Source of the DNA: Cyanophora paradoxa CCMP329
Lineage: Eukaryota; Plantae; Glaucophyta
DNA: 64,000 bases
Direction: 5' to 3'
Assembly (NCBI GenBank): GCA_004431415.1
Contig: QPMI01000173.1
Span: 102,949 to 166,948, forward strand
Positions within the stretch are counted from its first letter, which is position 1, and every line of letters starts with the position of its first letter. The position numbers were made by a program, and so were the translations under genes. Below the pieces are notes generated by a model that saw only the letters and a program-made list of their open reading frames with translations, had not been told where the DNA came from and made no database searches. Below, in pieces: positions 11,673 to 23,298 of the stretch.

Positions 11673-14600
11673 CTAGTTGTGGTAGGCGGGCCCGTGGTAG
11701 GAGGCGGGGGCGCCGCAGGAGGGGCACTCGGCGAGGCGCGGGGGGCCGGGGCCGGGGCCGGCGAGGGCGCGGATGCAGGCGCGGCAGAGGTCGAGGCAGC
11801 CGCAGGGGAGGAAGAGGACCTCAGCGCACGCCCCGGGGCCGCAGCGCCCCGCGCACGCCGCCCCGGGGTCGCCCCGCGCCTCCTGCCGCGGCCGCACCTG
11901 CCGCCGCGTCAGGGACGAAGCATCGCCGGCCGTCAAGCGTCGAGAAACGTGTACCCGCTGGAACGACGAGAAGGCATTCGTGCAGGCCCTGCGGGTGGGA
12001 GTTCGAAGCGGGGCCGGGGCCGGCGCTGCAGCCAGCGGAAGGGCGCGTGGCGGGGGCGTCGGGGCCGGCGGGCGCACGGGCAGGTCTTGCGGAGCGCGAG
12101 GAGGCCGGCCGCGCAGGACTCGCACACGGGCTCGCAGCCTGCCCGCCCCCGGGCCCCGGCGCCCTCAGCGAGGCAGGGGACGCGGGGCGGCGGGCGGGGC
12201 AGGTCGGGCGGGGCGGACGGCAGGGGAGGAGGCGGGCGTCGGCGGCGAGGGCGAGGCAGACGCAGCACTCGCCGATCCCGTACAGCGCCTCCTCCTCCAC
12301 CCCCACGCCGCCGGCCCCGCCCCCGCCGCCGCCCCCGCCGGCCCCGAGCTCGACGAGCCGCTGCCGGCCGGCGCCGCGGCGGGGGCCGGGGCGGCGGCGT
12401 GCGGGCGGCGAAGGGGTCGTAGCGGCGCGGGGCGGCGGGGGCCGGCGGGGCGGGGGCGGTCACGGCTCCTGCAGGCGGCGGGGCGGGCGGAGGCGCAGGG
12501 GCGCTGGGAGCGGCGGGGCCGAAGGCAGAGCGCGCGGGGCGAGGGGATTGTACGCTCGGGACGGGCGATCCCGGGGGGCGGCTGGGGCGGGCTGGAGGGG
12601 GCGGGCGCGGGCCGGGGCGGTGCGGAAGGGGCGGCCGGGGGCTGCGGCGGCTGCGATGGCGAGGGCCTGCGACGGTGTCGGTCAATGGAGCGGGGGGAAC
12701 ATGGCCGCGAGGCGGCTTACACGGGCGCGGGATGTCCGGGATTGGGCGAGGGGAAGGCTGGTGGCCGATGCGCGTGCGCAGCGGCGCCGGCGGCGAAGGG
12801 TTGTAGGGTCGCGGGGCGGACCGGGGGCGGGGGCGGGGGCGGAGGGATGCGTCCGGCGCTGCGGACGCGTCCCGCGAGGCGGAGCCGAAGGCTGACGAGG
12901 ACGCCGAGGGGAGAGGGGCCGCGGGGCCGCCCGCACCGCCCGGGGTGCCGGCAGAGGCGCGCGGGCGGGCGGACGGGCCTCCCGCGGGGCGGCCGGAGCC
13001 TCGCGGTCGCCCCTCGAGCCCGCGGCTGCCGTCGCCTGCGCCTGGCCACCGGGGCGGGCGCCGGCTGCTTCGCGATGCTGCGCCTGCTCCCGGCGACGGG
13101 GCGCCATCCCTCCCCGCCATCGGCCGCGCCTGCCGAGGCAGCCGCGGCCGCGGCTGCGGGGGCCGCCACCGACCCCCGCGGCAGCGCCGGCCCCTGTCCG
13201 CCGCCGTCTTCGTTGGAGTCGTCCTCCTCCTCGTCGGACTCGGAGGGGCCGCGCCCTGGCGCCGGCGCGCGGCCCGCGGCGGAGCCGGCGGCAGCCTGCG
13301 CGCGCAAATCGAAATGCTCAGCCGCAAGACTAGCGAGAGAGAAGGCGCCGAAAGTGCACCGGGGGCCGGTCGCGCTCGGCGGCCTTCTTCGTCTTCTTCC
13401 GGCCGCGGCGGGCCTTGACGGCAGAGGCGGCGGGCGCCGGCGCCGGCGCTGGGGCCTCGGGATCGATGGCGAGCTCGGCGAGGACGCGCTCGACGGCCGC
13501 GGGGCCGCCCTCCGCGCCCGACACCCGCCGCAGCCTCTCCTCCGCCCTGCGCCCGCGCGCGAGCGCCCCACGTCCGCATCAGACCAAGCACCGGCCCCGG
13601 CGCCGACCGCTCGAGCTCGCGATCGCGCACGCGGCCTTGGCGGCCGTGTCGATGGCGTCGGGGAGGGCGGCGGCGCAGAGGTCGAGGGCGCGCTGGCACG
13701 CCCGGAGGCAGCGCTCCCGCTCCCCCAGCGCCTCCAGCACCCCTGCGCCCCGCCCCGGTGAGGAGAGAGAGCCCGAAGCGACCGCGCGGCCCCAAGAGAG
13801 GCGGAGGAGTCGCACGGGAGCGGAGGAGGATAATCGAGACGCCCCCGTACTGCGGGATCGGTCAGCGGGGCGCTTTTAAACTTTAAAGATCAGGCGCTGG
13901 CACGGCTGCGCGGCGCTCGGGGAGGGCGGACCAAGGGGAGGTACTCGTCGGCGAGGAGGGAGAGGGCGCTGCGCCACTCGCCGCGCTCGACGAGGCCCTC
14001 CGCGCGGGCGCGGGCCCGGTGCAGCTGCCGCGCGTGCTCCGCGGGGAAGACGTGCGCCGCAAGCTCCGCCACCACCTCCCCGGGCTCCCGCACCCGCGCC
14101 TCCGCGGGGAAAACGTTGTACGGCGCCCTCGACTCCTTGAGCAGCATGTTCTCAGCATCTTTGCGGGTCTTCTGCGTCGACAAGTCCATGTACAATGACA
14201 TCCATCGCCTCTGCTCGAGCGAATAAGCCGCCTTCGAATTTCTCTGGGGCAATTGGGACGTCGAATCATGAGCAGACCGCATTAACAAAATTACATATAG
14301 TATCGTCCGTGCGGTCGGGTGCGTGCAGTATGTATGCCTCCGCCGCTTTGCCCCACGCAAGAAGGTCTTGCGCCTGCTTGCAAAGATTGCGCCGCTCCGG
14401 AGGCACAAGGGACAACGAGGCGCATTTCATGGAAATGGTTGCCGAGAGCCCGTAAAGGCACTGCGTATACGGAATTGCATCAAATCCGAATCGAGATTCT
14501 GCAGTAACTTGCGGCTTCTGTACCTGAGCAAGGAAGACTTCGTCGGGCTCTGCTGTTGCCAGGCAAGCTGCCAGGCACTTGATCTGGGTATCCAGCTGTG

Positions 14601-17600
14601 ATTTCTCATCGAAAGCTGAAATTGCATCGTGAACGCTAGCTGAATCGTTTTCGGGTGATCGCTGCATTCTAAAGCAGGCCAAACAAAGACTGCGCGTTTG
14701 TGCCACCTCAAAAAGGACATTTTTGAGGAAATGCTGCCGGAGTAGCTTGCAATTGGAGACGCCAGCTGCAGCTGAGACTGACGCCTTCTCAAGCTCGACG
14801 CCTTGGCGATGAACGTTGTACAAAGCGGTAGCACGCATCACGTCGAACGCATCACAATCGGTCGCAGAACCAGCGCCTTCGTTGAAGCCCTCGATGGTCC
14901 GAAGCAGAACGTGGTGAACGAGACGAGCGACCGGATGATGAGAATACACCGACTCCATGAGGCGTCGGCACTGCTCCCGGAGCACGTCCCTGTGCTCAAG
15001 CAGGCGCGAATGCTGTTTACGCATAAGCACATCCAGCAGCCCAGTCGACCTTGGCGTAGCCAGATCTAGAGCCATGTAGGTGTTCCAGAGATGCGACTGC
15101 AGGTAGAGCCAGACGATGGCGACGTTGACCGCCGTCATGCTGTTGAATTCGATGGGATAGGCACGAGTCGCTTCCTGCCAGGAAAGAAGGAATTATGCCC
15201 CAAACAGATGAGAAAGAGATGTGAGCATGTTAGAACGGACAAGGGTTCGCTCAAGTTTGTCCGTTTGCAAGAAGTTGCAGATGCTGAAGGAGGTGGATAT
15301 CGCGTCCACCAGTCTCTCGAATCCCCGCGAGCACGTGGCAGGGCCCTCTGTCACGAGGCGCAGGCCCTCCGCCCACTGAGCGTACGCCGAGCACAGGTGC
15401 CACCTCACAGAACGTGCTGACTCCAGATCGCCCTCGCTCATCGCGGCGAGCAGGTCCGGGTCGGCGAGTGGTGATGCAAACGCCCTCATTCTGCACCACC
15501 AGCCCGCAGAGGTGCTCTGCAAACGAAAGGACGTTGTCACATTACTTGTGTATCAATACCGGCGAACACATAACTTGCCTTCACCGATGAAGTTGAAAGG
15601 CGCGCATCATGCGGAAAACGCATCCGTTTCTGCAGCTTTCTGGCTTCGCGCAGAAACTCGACGTAGCCAAGATGTGTCGCAAGCTTTTTGTCGACACGCG
15701 CCCGTTTAGCCCGACAGACGCTGGTGCATATGCTCTCGAACAATTCGCGGTGGATCGGGCAGGAAACGTGTTCCGTCAAGGTAGCCGCGGCTTTCCTGAC
15801 GGCTTCGGCGACGTCCACGGGACATTTCGCGGTCTTCGAGACCGCCTCCGAAGCCAGCTGGACCCGCGTTGCGAGAGATGGCACGGGCTGCCACGGCAAC
15901 CAGCTTTCGTCTTGATACGAAAAGGCACACTCGAGCTCCTTTTTCATTGCTTCCATTTCACCTGCACATCGAACAGCGAGCAGGGAGAAGAATCACCACG
16001 AGCTCGACGCTCGCGTGTGGAGTGCTCGCACTCTGGATCAAGGCTGCCCAGAAAGCGAGATGCTCATCTGCAAACAGACCGAAGTCCACGCCCGGCTCCC
16101 CATAAATGATATTCCTGGCCATGGGGCGCCAGCATGAGCTCACGAGATCTAGACAGTCGAATGCAGTTTCGTATGCTAGAAACAAATGAGGGCGCTCACG
16201 TTCCGAGGAGCGCGCCTTGGAGCTCCTTCGCTGCTTGAATGCAGCCACATTCCTCGATCTTGATTTCGTGCTCAAGCTTTCGGACCACAGAGACTCGGCG
16301 AAAACGCCGAAAAAGTCTGCGATATATATCATGCATATGGCACCAACATACGAAGATTCCATGATACCGAGCGAAAGCTTAAGCCACTTACCGCTTGCGT
16401 ATGCTGCTCCAGAATGCACGCGTGGATGCGGAAAGCTTCGTTCCAAAATATGGTTCCAAGTGGAGATTTCGTAGCGTTTCGATGCACACACCTCGACAAT
16501 CCTCATTGAATCCCAGATTCTCCAGGCAGTCTGCGAATCAGACGTCGACGTCTCAGCATTACGATTCGGCAATTGCAAGGGATCCGGAATAAAATCACGT
16601 GCTATAGATTATATACGCATTCAAAATTAAAGATTGAGACGCAGGGGAAAAGCGAAAACAGTATAAGCGATCGCGAGCCATACAATCTTTATTGTTTTTG
16701 AGAGAATATGGTGCGGCGAACCCTAGCATAATCATAAGCAGGAAAGATCAGATAATAAGATGCCGCGGGAAAGAAACGCACGGGAAAGCAGAACGCGCGA
16801 GCAGAGATCCATGCGTGCGGTGTCGGGGTGGTTCTTCACCTGCATGTACATACACTCCACTTATTAGCCATTGAACGGTGTTGCGCAAAGGTGAACGCGT
16901 GACTACAAACCGCGCTCTCGAGAGTGGAGATGGTATCGCGTAAATTGCGCACAGTTTGTTGATCACAGATTCCGATCATCAGGCTCCTCCGAGCTTGATC
17001 CTGCCCTTGACAATCAGCTCGCGACGCAGCCGACCCATTACCGATGAAGATCCAACAGATGTGTGAAAGCACCTTTGAGATTAAGTAGAAGCATTTACGA
17101 TTGACCTCGTGATCGTGACCGGGGGGCGCCGGCTGTGCATTTGGCGCCAGCCCGGCCTGTGGCCGAACACATGGCATCATGTTTGGATAGAACTCGCCGA
17201 GGAAGATCTCCTGAGGTAAAGCATAAAGAGAGGGTGCAGGAGCATCGTGCACGTGATCGCAAAGTTGCACACTTTGGTGGATCTTGGCGCCATCCAGATG
17301 AGGCTGCAGTATTCGGCCGAGTTCGCCAAGGATCCAAGGCCCAACGCGAAAGTGATCAGCCTGAGCATAGGAGAAGAAATTGACCGACTCTTCGCTAATT
17401 CGGCTGACTCAAATTCAAAGCGCCTCGCACGGTGACAGACCTGACGAACGTAGTAAGTCGCTAATTTGAATTAATTATGCAGAAGGACAATAGGAATCGA
17501 CATTTGAGGGCGCACGGCAGCAAAGTATGGATCGTCGGCCTTTGACGTCGCGATGTAAGCGCAGAGCAAGACGATAATGTCCTCGAGCTCGTCTAGCTTC

Positions 17601-19840
17601 AGCTTCACGTCGACGCTGATGGGGTGGGTTATGATGCGCAGAGCCGCAGCGTGCCGCCGGAGCAGGGGCGGAGCCGACGAATCCTTGAGCACGGATTCGA
17701 GCGAAGCTCCGATCGCGAAGGGTGCTGCTGGAATGAATGTTGCGTCCGATCCACCTGCTCGCTTCGGCTCAGATCGCAACTTCGACTTCGATCTGTCAGC
17801 GAGAGCGTCCGCTATCGGGAACGGGTCCGACGTCGCCTCGACGTCGGCGGTGGCGATGAGGAAGTCGATGTGCGGGTCGACGTCCCGAGGGAAGAGGGCG
17901 GCCGCGAGGGACAGCAGGCGGCGGGTCCAGCGGAAGCTGAAGGGGAAGACGACGTCGCGGCACAAGGAGAGGCGGAGGACGGCGAGGAGGGCGTCGCCGT
18001 CGCCGCTGCCCCCCTCCGTCCCCAGATAGCGAAGGAGCTGTGCCTGCGCACGCGCGAGCGAAATCAGCTCATCGCTTTCATGGTGTGACATCAACTTCAG
18101 GAGTCACTCGCCATAACATGCACGCGCAGAGCGGGATGGTACATGTTCGCGAGCTCGCGGCGGCAGCACAGGAACGAGGGGTCGGCGCGGAACGCATTCG
18201 CAATCTCTGCAGCCCCACGAGCGACCTTCCCCATCGACTGCGGCCCGTCGTCCGTGCACGTAGATTCCTCGATGGAACGAAGCCCACGAACGAAGTGGTT
18301 CATCGCGACAGCTGCCTGCTCGCGGTAGCTGCCGTAAAATGTGTTTCGAATTGACAGCATCGCTTGCTGCAGCTGTTCATCGAAATCTGGATTTGCTGGG
18401 TCCTCTATATCTTCCTCGAGAAGAGCACTAGAAAGTTGACCCGCGAGCGTCTAACGATCACGAATAAACACGAGATGAGCTATCGAAATTCTGAAGCGGG
18501 ATAAATATAAAAATCTGCAAAACCGCACCTGCGACCGTTCACGAAGAGACTTCGAGCCATCCTGCTGGGGGCACACGATCCCGCACTGCATCGACCGGTA
18601 GGCTCGGCGCAGCCGCGGCGACTCGAGCCAGTGCTCTGCGGCCCTCGCCCGCGCCTTGCTCGCCGCAGCCGACAGCTCCGGCCCGACGTGCACGTTCAGC
18701 GAGCACGGAGGGGCGAGCGCCGCCTCCTCGGCGAGGAGCGAGCCCAGCCGGCGGAACTCTGCCGCGGGGACGCCGTGGCGCTCGGCGACGACGCCGCCGA
18801 CGGCCCCAAAGACGCGAATGCGGTCGTGGAGCGGCGTCCTCGTCAGCGCGGGGACCGAGAGCTCGAGGGGGCACCAGCTGCCGGAGAGCCGCGACTGGAC
18901 GCTGCAGCTGTCAATGCACTGGTCGGATGGATGGCACGTAGATCGAGATCCTCGCGATCGCTCCTTCAGAAGCTTGTTCACGCCGAGGAGTTCGCGACGG
19001 AAGGCATCTGATATGCCTGCGCGCGTTCAGAAAAAAACTATTAGGATTCGTGAAATTGGAATTCCGCAAAATTGTACGTCGTTATTGTAAAATACCAAAA
19101 CCTAGACGAAACACCCCTGCTTGAAATAAAGAAAGGACGCTCACCGTCAAGGATTGCGGCCCAGAGAAGTATGCAGGGGTCCTTGAAGTGCTGAGCCTTC
19201 CGAAAGAGTTTGAACGCATCGGCATCCTGCTCATCCGTGGTCTTGTCAAAGCTGCCGAAGGATAAAGCGAGCGATCAGTACTGGATGTTCGTCGGATATT
19301 GATGTTCGTCGGATATTGATTACTTAAAATCATAATCATTATTTAAATGATCAGCAATTCAATCAGCCGCCCGATTATGATTATGAATGCTCATGAATGC
19401 TTACCGCCCGAGGATCCAGTCCCGAAGATTGACTGCGCCGTCTTGCAATCGGCAGCTGCAGGAGCATTGCTCGCTTTCCAGAGCTTCGAAAGAATCGCGG
19501 CGCCAGCCGGCCTTGTGTTGCGCGCTCTTCCACCATGACCCGAATCCCATGCGCTGCCCTGCCTTCAGCAGAACGAGCAGTCCAGAATGCGCGGCTGATG
19601 CGATCTCTCCTCGCAGCTCGTGCTGCTCGGAAAGCCCCAGGCCGACGCCCGCTCCTGTATCCGCGTTGCCGCTGGGCGTCACGTGCACGCAGTCCTCCGG
19701 CCCCGTTCGCGGCTGCTGCAAAAGAACGCGTCAACGAAATTCAGAGAATAAGTCCCCGCGCCTGGCCATGGGGCGCCGTAGAGGAATGGGGCGAAAGGGG
19801 GAGGAAGGGGAAATCGAAGCGGGAAGAGGGGGGGGGGGGG

Positions 19841-19873
<33 letters not shown>

Positions 19874-20183
19874 GAGGGAGGGAGGGCGGGTGGGGGAGGG
19901 AGGAAGGGGGGGTGGCGGAAGGGCGTACGGGCACATCGAGTTGAGATGCGGTTTCGGAAGTCGTGATGGAGCCACAAGCGGTCACGCCGTAGTCCGCCGC
20001 CCTCAAAGGCCGCGGCTGCCCGGTGCCGGGCTGCCAGGCCTGCCGCTCATGATCACAAACATGTGCAGTGGGACTTGCCCCTCTGCGCTTGCGATCGGCA
20101 GCCCGACCAGCAGTGCCGCCAGGATTAGCTTTCACGCTTGCTGCTGCAGCTGTGGCTGCAGCTGCATCTGTCTCGAGCTCCAT
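11673..20183 (-). CDS. Large multi-exon protein of unknown function ending in two RING-HC (zf-C3HC4_3-like) fingers; putative E3 ligase, possibly more than one gene
   Basis: C-terminal ECCVCLALAADARLLPC..CESC and CAEVLFLPCGCLDLCRAC..CPSC. Chain of same-strand open exons (13890-14408, 14266-15138, 15193-15540, 15537-15956, 15958-16578, 16836-17270, 17471-18094, 18097-18360, 18451-18981, 19401-19721). Candidate start MELETD at 20183. Confidence 0.55.
19283..19320 (+). repeat. 17-bp tandem repeat x2
   Basis: gatgttcgtcggatatt occurs twice in tandem. Confidence 0.8.
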
Positions 20184-21106
20184 GCTTCCCGGCCGCCAGC
20201 CGCTGAGCAACGAGATTCTGCGCATGCGCATGCGGATTTAAGACTGGTACTAGGGCGTCGGCCCGCAATCGGCTCGGGAAGACCTATAACTTCAGCTTCT
20301 CACCTTTTGCTACAGCTAGCTGCAGATCGCCCTCACAAGGGCCACGCGTGCACGTACGCGTACGCGTGTGAGCTGCAGCTGGCGCCACGGGCGTCGGGCG
20401 CGGCCGCGGCTGCAGCGAGGCGCGCGTCAAGCTTAAGCTTAAGCGTAAGGGAACCTAACCGATCGCTTAAGCTCCTCGCGCAGCTGGCAGGCCTAGGCCG
20501 CGGACGAGCGCGCGGCCGCGGGCTCACCGCTAGTTCCCAATATCGATGCGCCGATCTCCGACGAGCGAGATGCTCCCGATGCGTCGATCACTGCGTATCG
20601 AGCCGCTCGGTAACAAAGGCGAACGTGCCGTCGCGCGCCCCCGGCCCCCGACGACGGGCCGCACGCGTCCGCGTCCCCCTTGCAGGCTGAAGTTGCATCC
20701 GACCTTATCGGCAGTCGATCAGCGAAAAGCCCCACCCCGCGGCCGGTCGCCGCGCGCCCGCTGCCCCGTCCATCGCGCGGTTGCAATTGCGATTGCCGCG
20801 CGTGCGTGAGCTTCGGTGCTTTCTGTTCGTCGATCGCTGAGCTTTCGATCGGAGTTTTTGGAGATGCGCGGGACCAAGATCTGGAGCGCGCGGCTCGACT
20901 GCCGTACTCGTATTCGCCGCGAGCTCGTACCCGTGTGAATGGACGCACACGTACCCGACACTCGATTCCCGCTGTACCCCCTTCGAACTCTAGTGCGAAA
21001 TTAAAATTTCCACCCATCCCCAACTCTTCGCTGCAGGCTCGAGATCTGTGCCCTGTTCGTGGTATAGGTGTTTGCTGAAGTGGGGACTCTGCTGGGCGGG
21101 GCGGCC

Positions 21107-23091
21107 CTAGTAGCCATCCGTCTCGAAGAAGACGTGGTAGCTGCGGAGGGCGGGGAGGAGGATCCCCTGCGAGACCCGCGGGTTCTGCGTACCCCCGGCC
21201 CCGCCGACGCATGAGCCGCGGAGGTCGCGCCGAAAGGGTGGGCTGGGCGCGCGCGCGCGCGCCTGGTGCGTGAAAAGGAGGTGGAGCCACTCGCCGTAGT
21301 CCTGCTCCGCCACGAAGACCTGCCGCCGCCGCCCGGCCGCCCAGTCAGAGGCAGGCGGGGCGGGCCCGGGGCGGGGCGGGGCGGGGCGCGCCTTGCCCTC
21401 CTCGTCGAGGATCTCGAAGCCGAGGGCGCCGGCGAGCTCGGGGGCGGTGACGCGGTACATGGTGCCCCGCTCCTCCTCCACCGCGGCCCCCGCGTCCCCG
21501 TGGGGCACGTGCGCGGGGAGGCGCAGGGGCAGGGCCTCGGTGCCGCAGTCGCGGCAGGCGAAGGCGAGGAGGGCGGCGAAGGCGCCGCGGCCGCCGTCCC
21601 TCCGCAGCTCCGCGTCGCTGCACGTGAACTCCTTCACCTGCGCCCCGCCCCACGCCCCTCGGCCCCGGCCCCGCCCGCTCTGGAGGGGCGCCCGGGCGGG
21701 TTGCGCACGCTGGTGGCGGTGGGGGCCGGCAGGACGCGGGGCGAGCCGCCGGGCGAGGGCGGCACGCCGCCTCCGGGCGGCCGCTCCAGCCGGACCTGTC
21801 GCGGCCCGCCGGTCTCGAAGGGGGCGCGCGGGAGCGCGGGCTGGGGTACGGCGCACGGAGAGGAAGGCGACCGGGTGGTTCGCAGCGTCCACAGCGACGT
21901 ACCTGAGCGCGCAACCGTCGGCCGGCGGGCCAGGGCGGTACAGGGCGGGAGCTCACGCGTGGGGGCTCTCGACGGGGACCCACTGCTGCCAGTACCCGTC
22001 GCTGTCGCGAACGAAGGGACCTGCGGCGGGCGCGGGAGGATCCCGCTCGGGGGGCGCACGGGGCGGGGCGGGGGCGGGGCGGCGGGGAGGCACCGTTGAA
22101 GCGGCGGGAGTAGGAGGCGTGGATGGAGCGGACGCCGTCGAGCAGCGCGCGGTCGGCGAAGTCCATCTTGCGCGCCACGAGCTCCAGCGCTGCTCCCCCG
22201 CGCCCCCGCGCTCTCAGCCGCTTGGAGGGCCGGCGGGCGGCGCCGCACGCACGGTGGGCGGGCGGCGGGGCGGCGGCGGCGAGGCGGGTCATGACGAACT
22301 GGCGCGGGACGGCGCGGAAGCCCTCCCTGGCGTAGAAGGGCGCTGTGGCGGCCGCGCGTCGGGAGCGGCGCGGCGGGCGCGGCGCGGCGGCGGGGGGCAG
22401 GGGCACAGGGGCACACCGGCGGCGCCCGTGTGGAGCGATACGAGTCCGACGTGCTTGTGGGCCTGCGCGAGGCGGGCGCGTCGGCGGGCAGCGGGCGGGC
22501 CCGGGGCGGGCCCGGGAGGGGACGGGCCCGGGACGGGGCGGGGGGGGGGAACGACGGACGAGGTACTTGATGGCGTCGTGGAGGACGGCGCGGGCGAGGC
22601 CCTTGCTCCGCATCGACGGGTCCGTGGACACTTCGCCGATGCCGCCGACGTCCACCACCTTGCCGCGCAAGTAGCATTTCCGGCGGAAGACGCGCTGCGG
22701 AGCGGGAACGAGAGGTGAGCTCGAGCCGAGGCGTCGGGGCCGGGATCCGCGCACCACGGTGGAGACGATTGCGCCGTCAACCAGCGCGACGCGGATGCCG
22801 TTCAAATCCTTCCACGGATCCAGGTACAAGTCTGGCGCGCGTCAGCGTCAGTACCTCGGCCCAGGACGAAACTGTTCGCTAAGGGCGCGCACGATTCGCG
22901 AAGTACTGCCGGGGAGGCCTCCGCCCCACGTCCTTGAAAACTGCCGGAGGCTAAGCAGACCCGCGACGGCGAACCGCGTACGTGTCGTGCGACGCACCGC
23001 CAGCCACAAAGTCGAGCCATCGCTCGATCTCGTCTTCTTTGAGGCCCCTGATCTCTACCCGCTTCTTCTTGCCGTCCACCTCAATCTCCAT
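21107..23091 (-). CDS. GNAT acetyltransferase, Eis-like (Acetyltransf_9 type)
   Basis: MEIEVDGKKKRVEIRGLKEDEIERWLDFV...IRVALVDGAIVSTV...VGGIGEVSTDPSMRSKGLARAVL (acetyl-CoA binding motif A)...PFYAREGF; ends HVFFETDGY*. Confidence 0.85.
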
Positions 23092-23298
23092 CGGACAGCG
23101 TTCCCGAAACCGGACAGCGGCTGGTCGACGTCTGGACTCAGGAGTCTGGTCCCTGCAGCTGGTCCCTGGTCCCTGCCACTCCCTGGTCCCTGGACTTTCC
23201 TGGGGTACGAGACTATTCGTGCGCTTGCGCTCGGCCGTGCACGAACCAAGGTCTCGCTCTCGTAGGAGAGCGCATTCGTCGCATCGGCGGCGGCGCCA

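Noticed and set aside
20940-21020. TTCGA-containing segment considered as tRNA or SINE B-box
   Set aside because: No cloverleaf or A-box could be built; no tRNA or rRNA is supported anywhere in the window.
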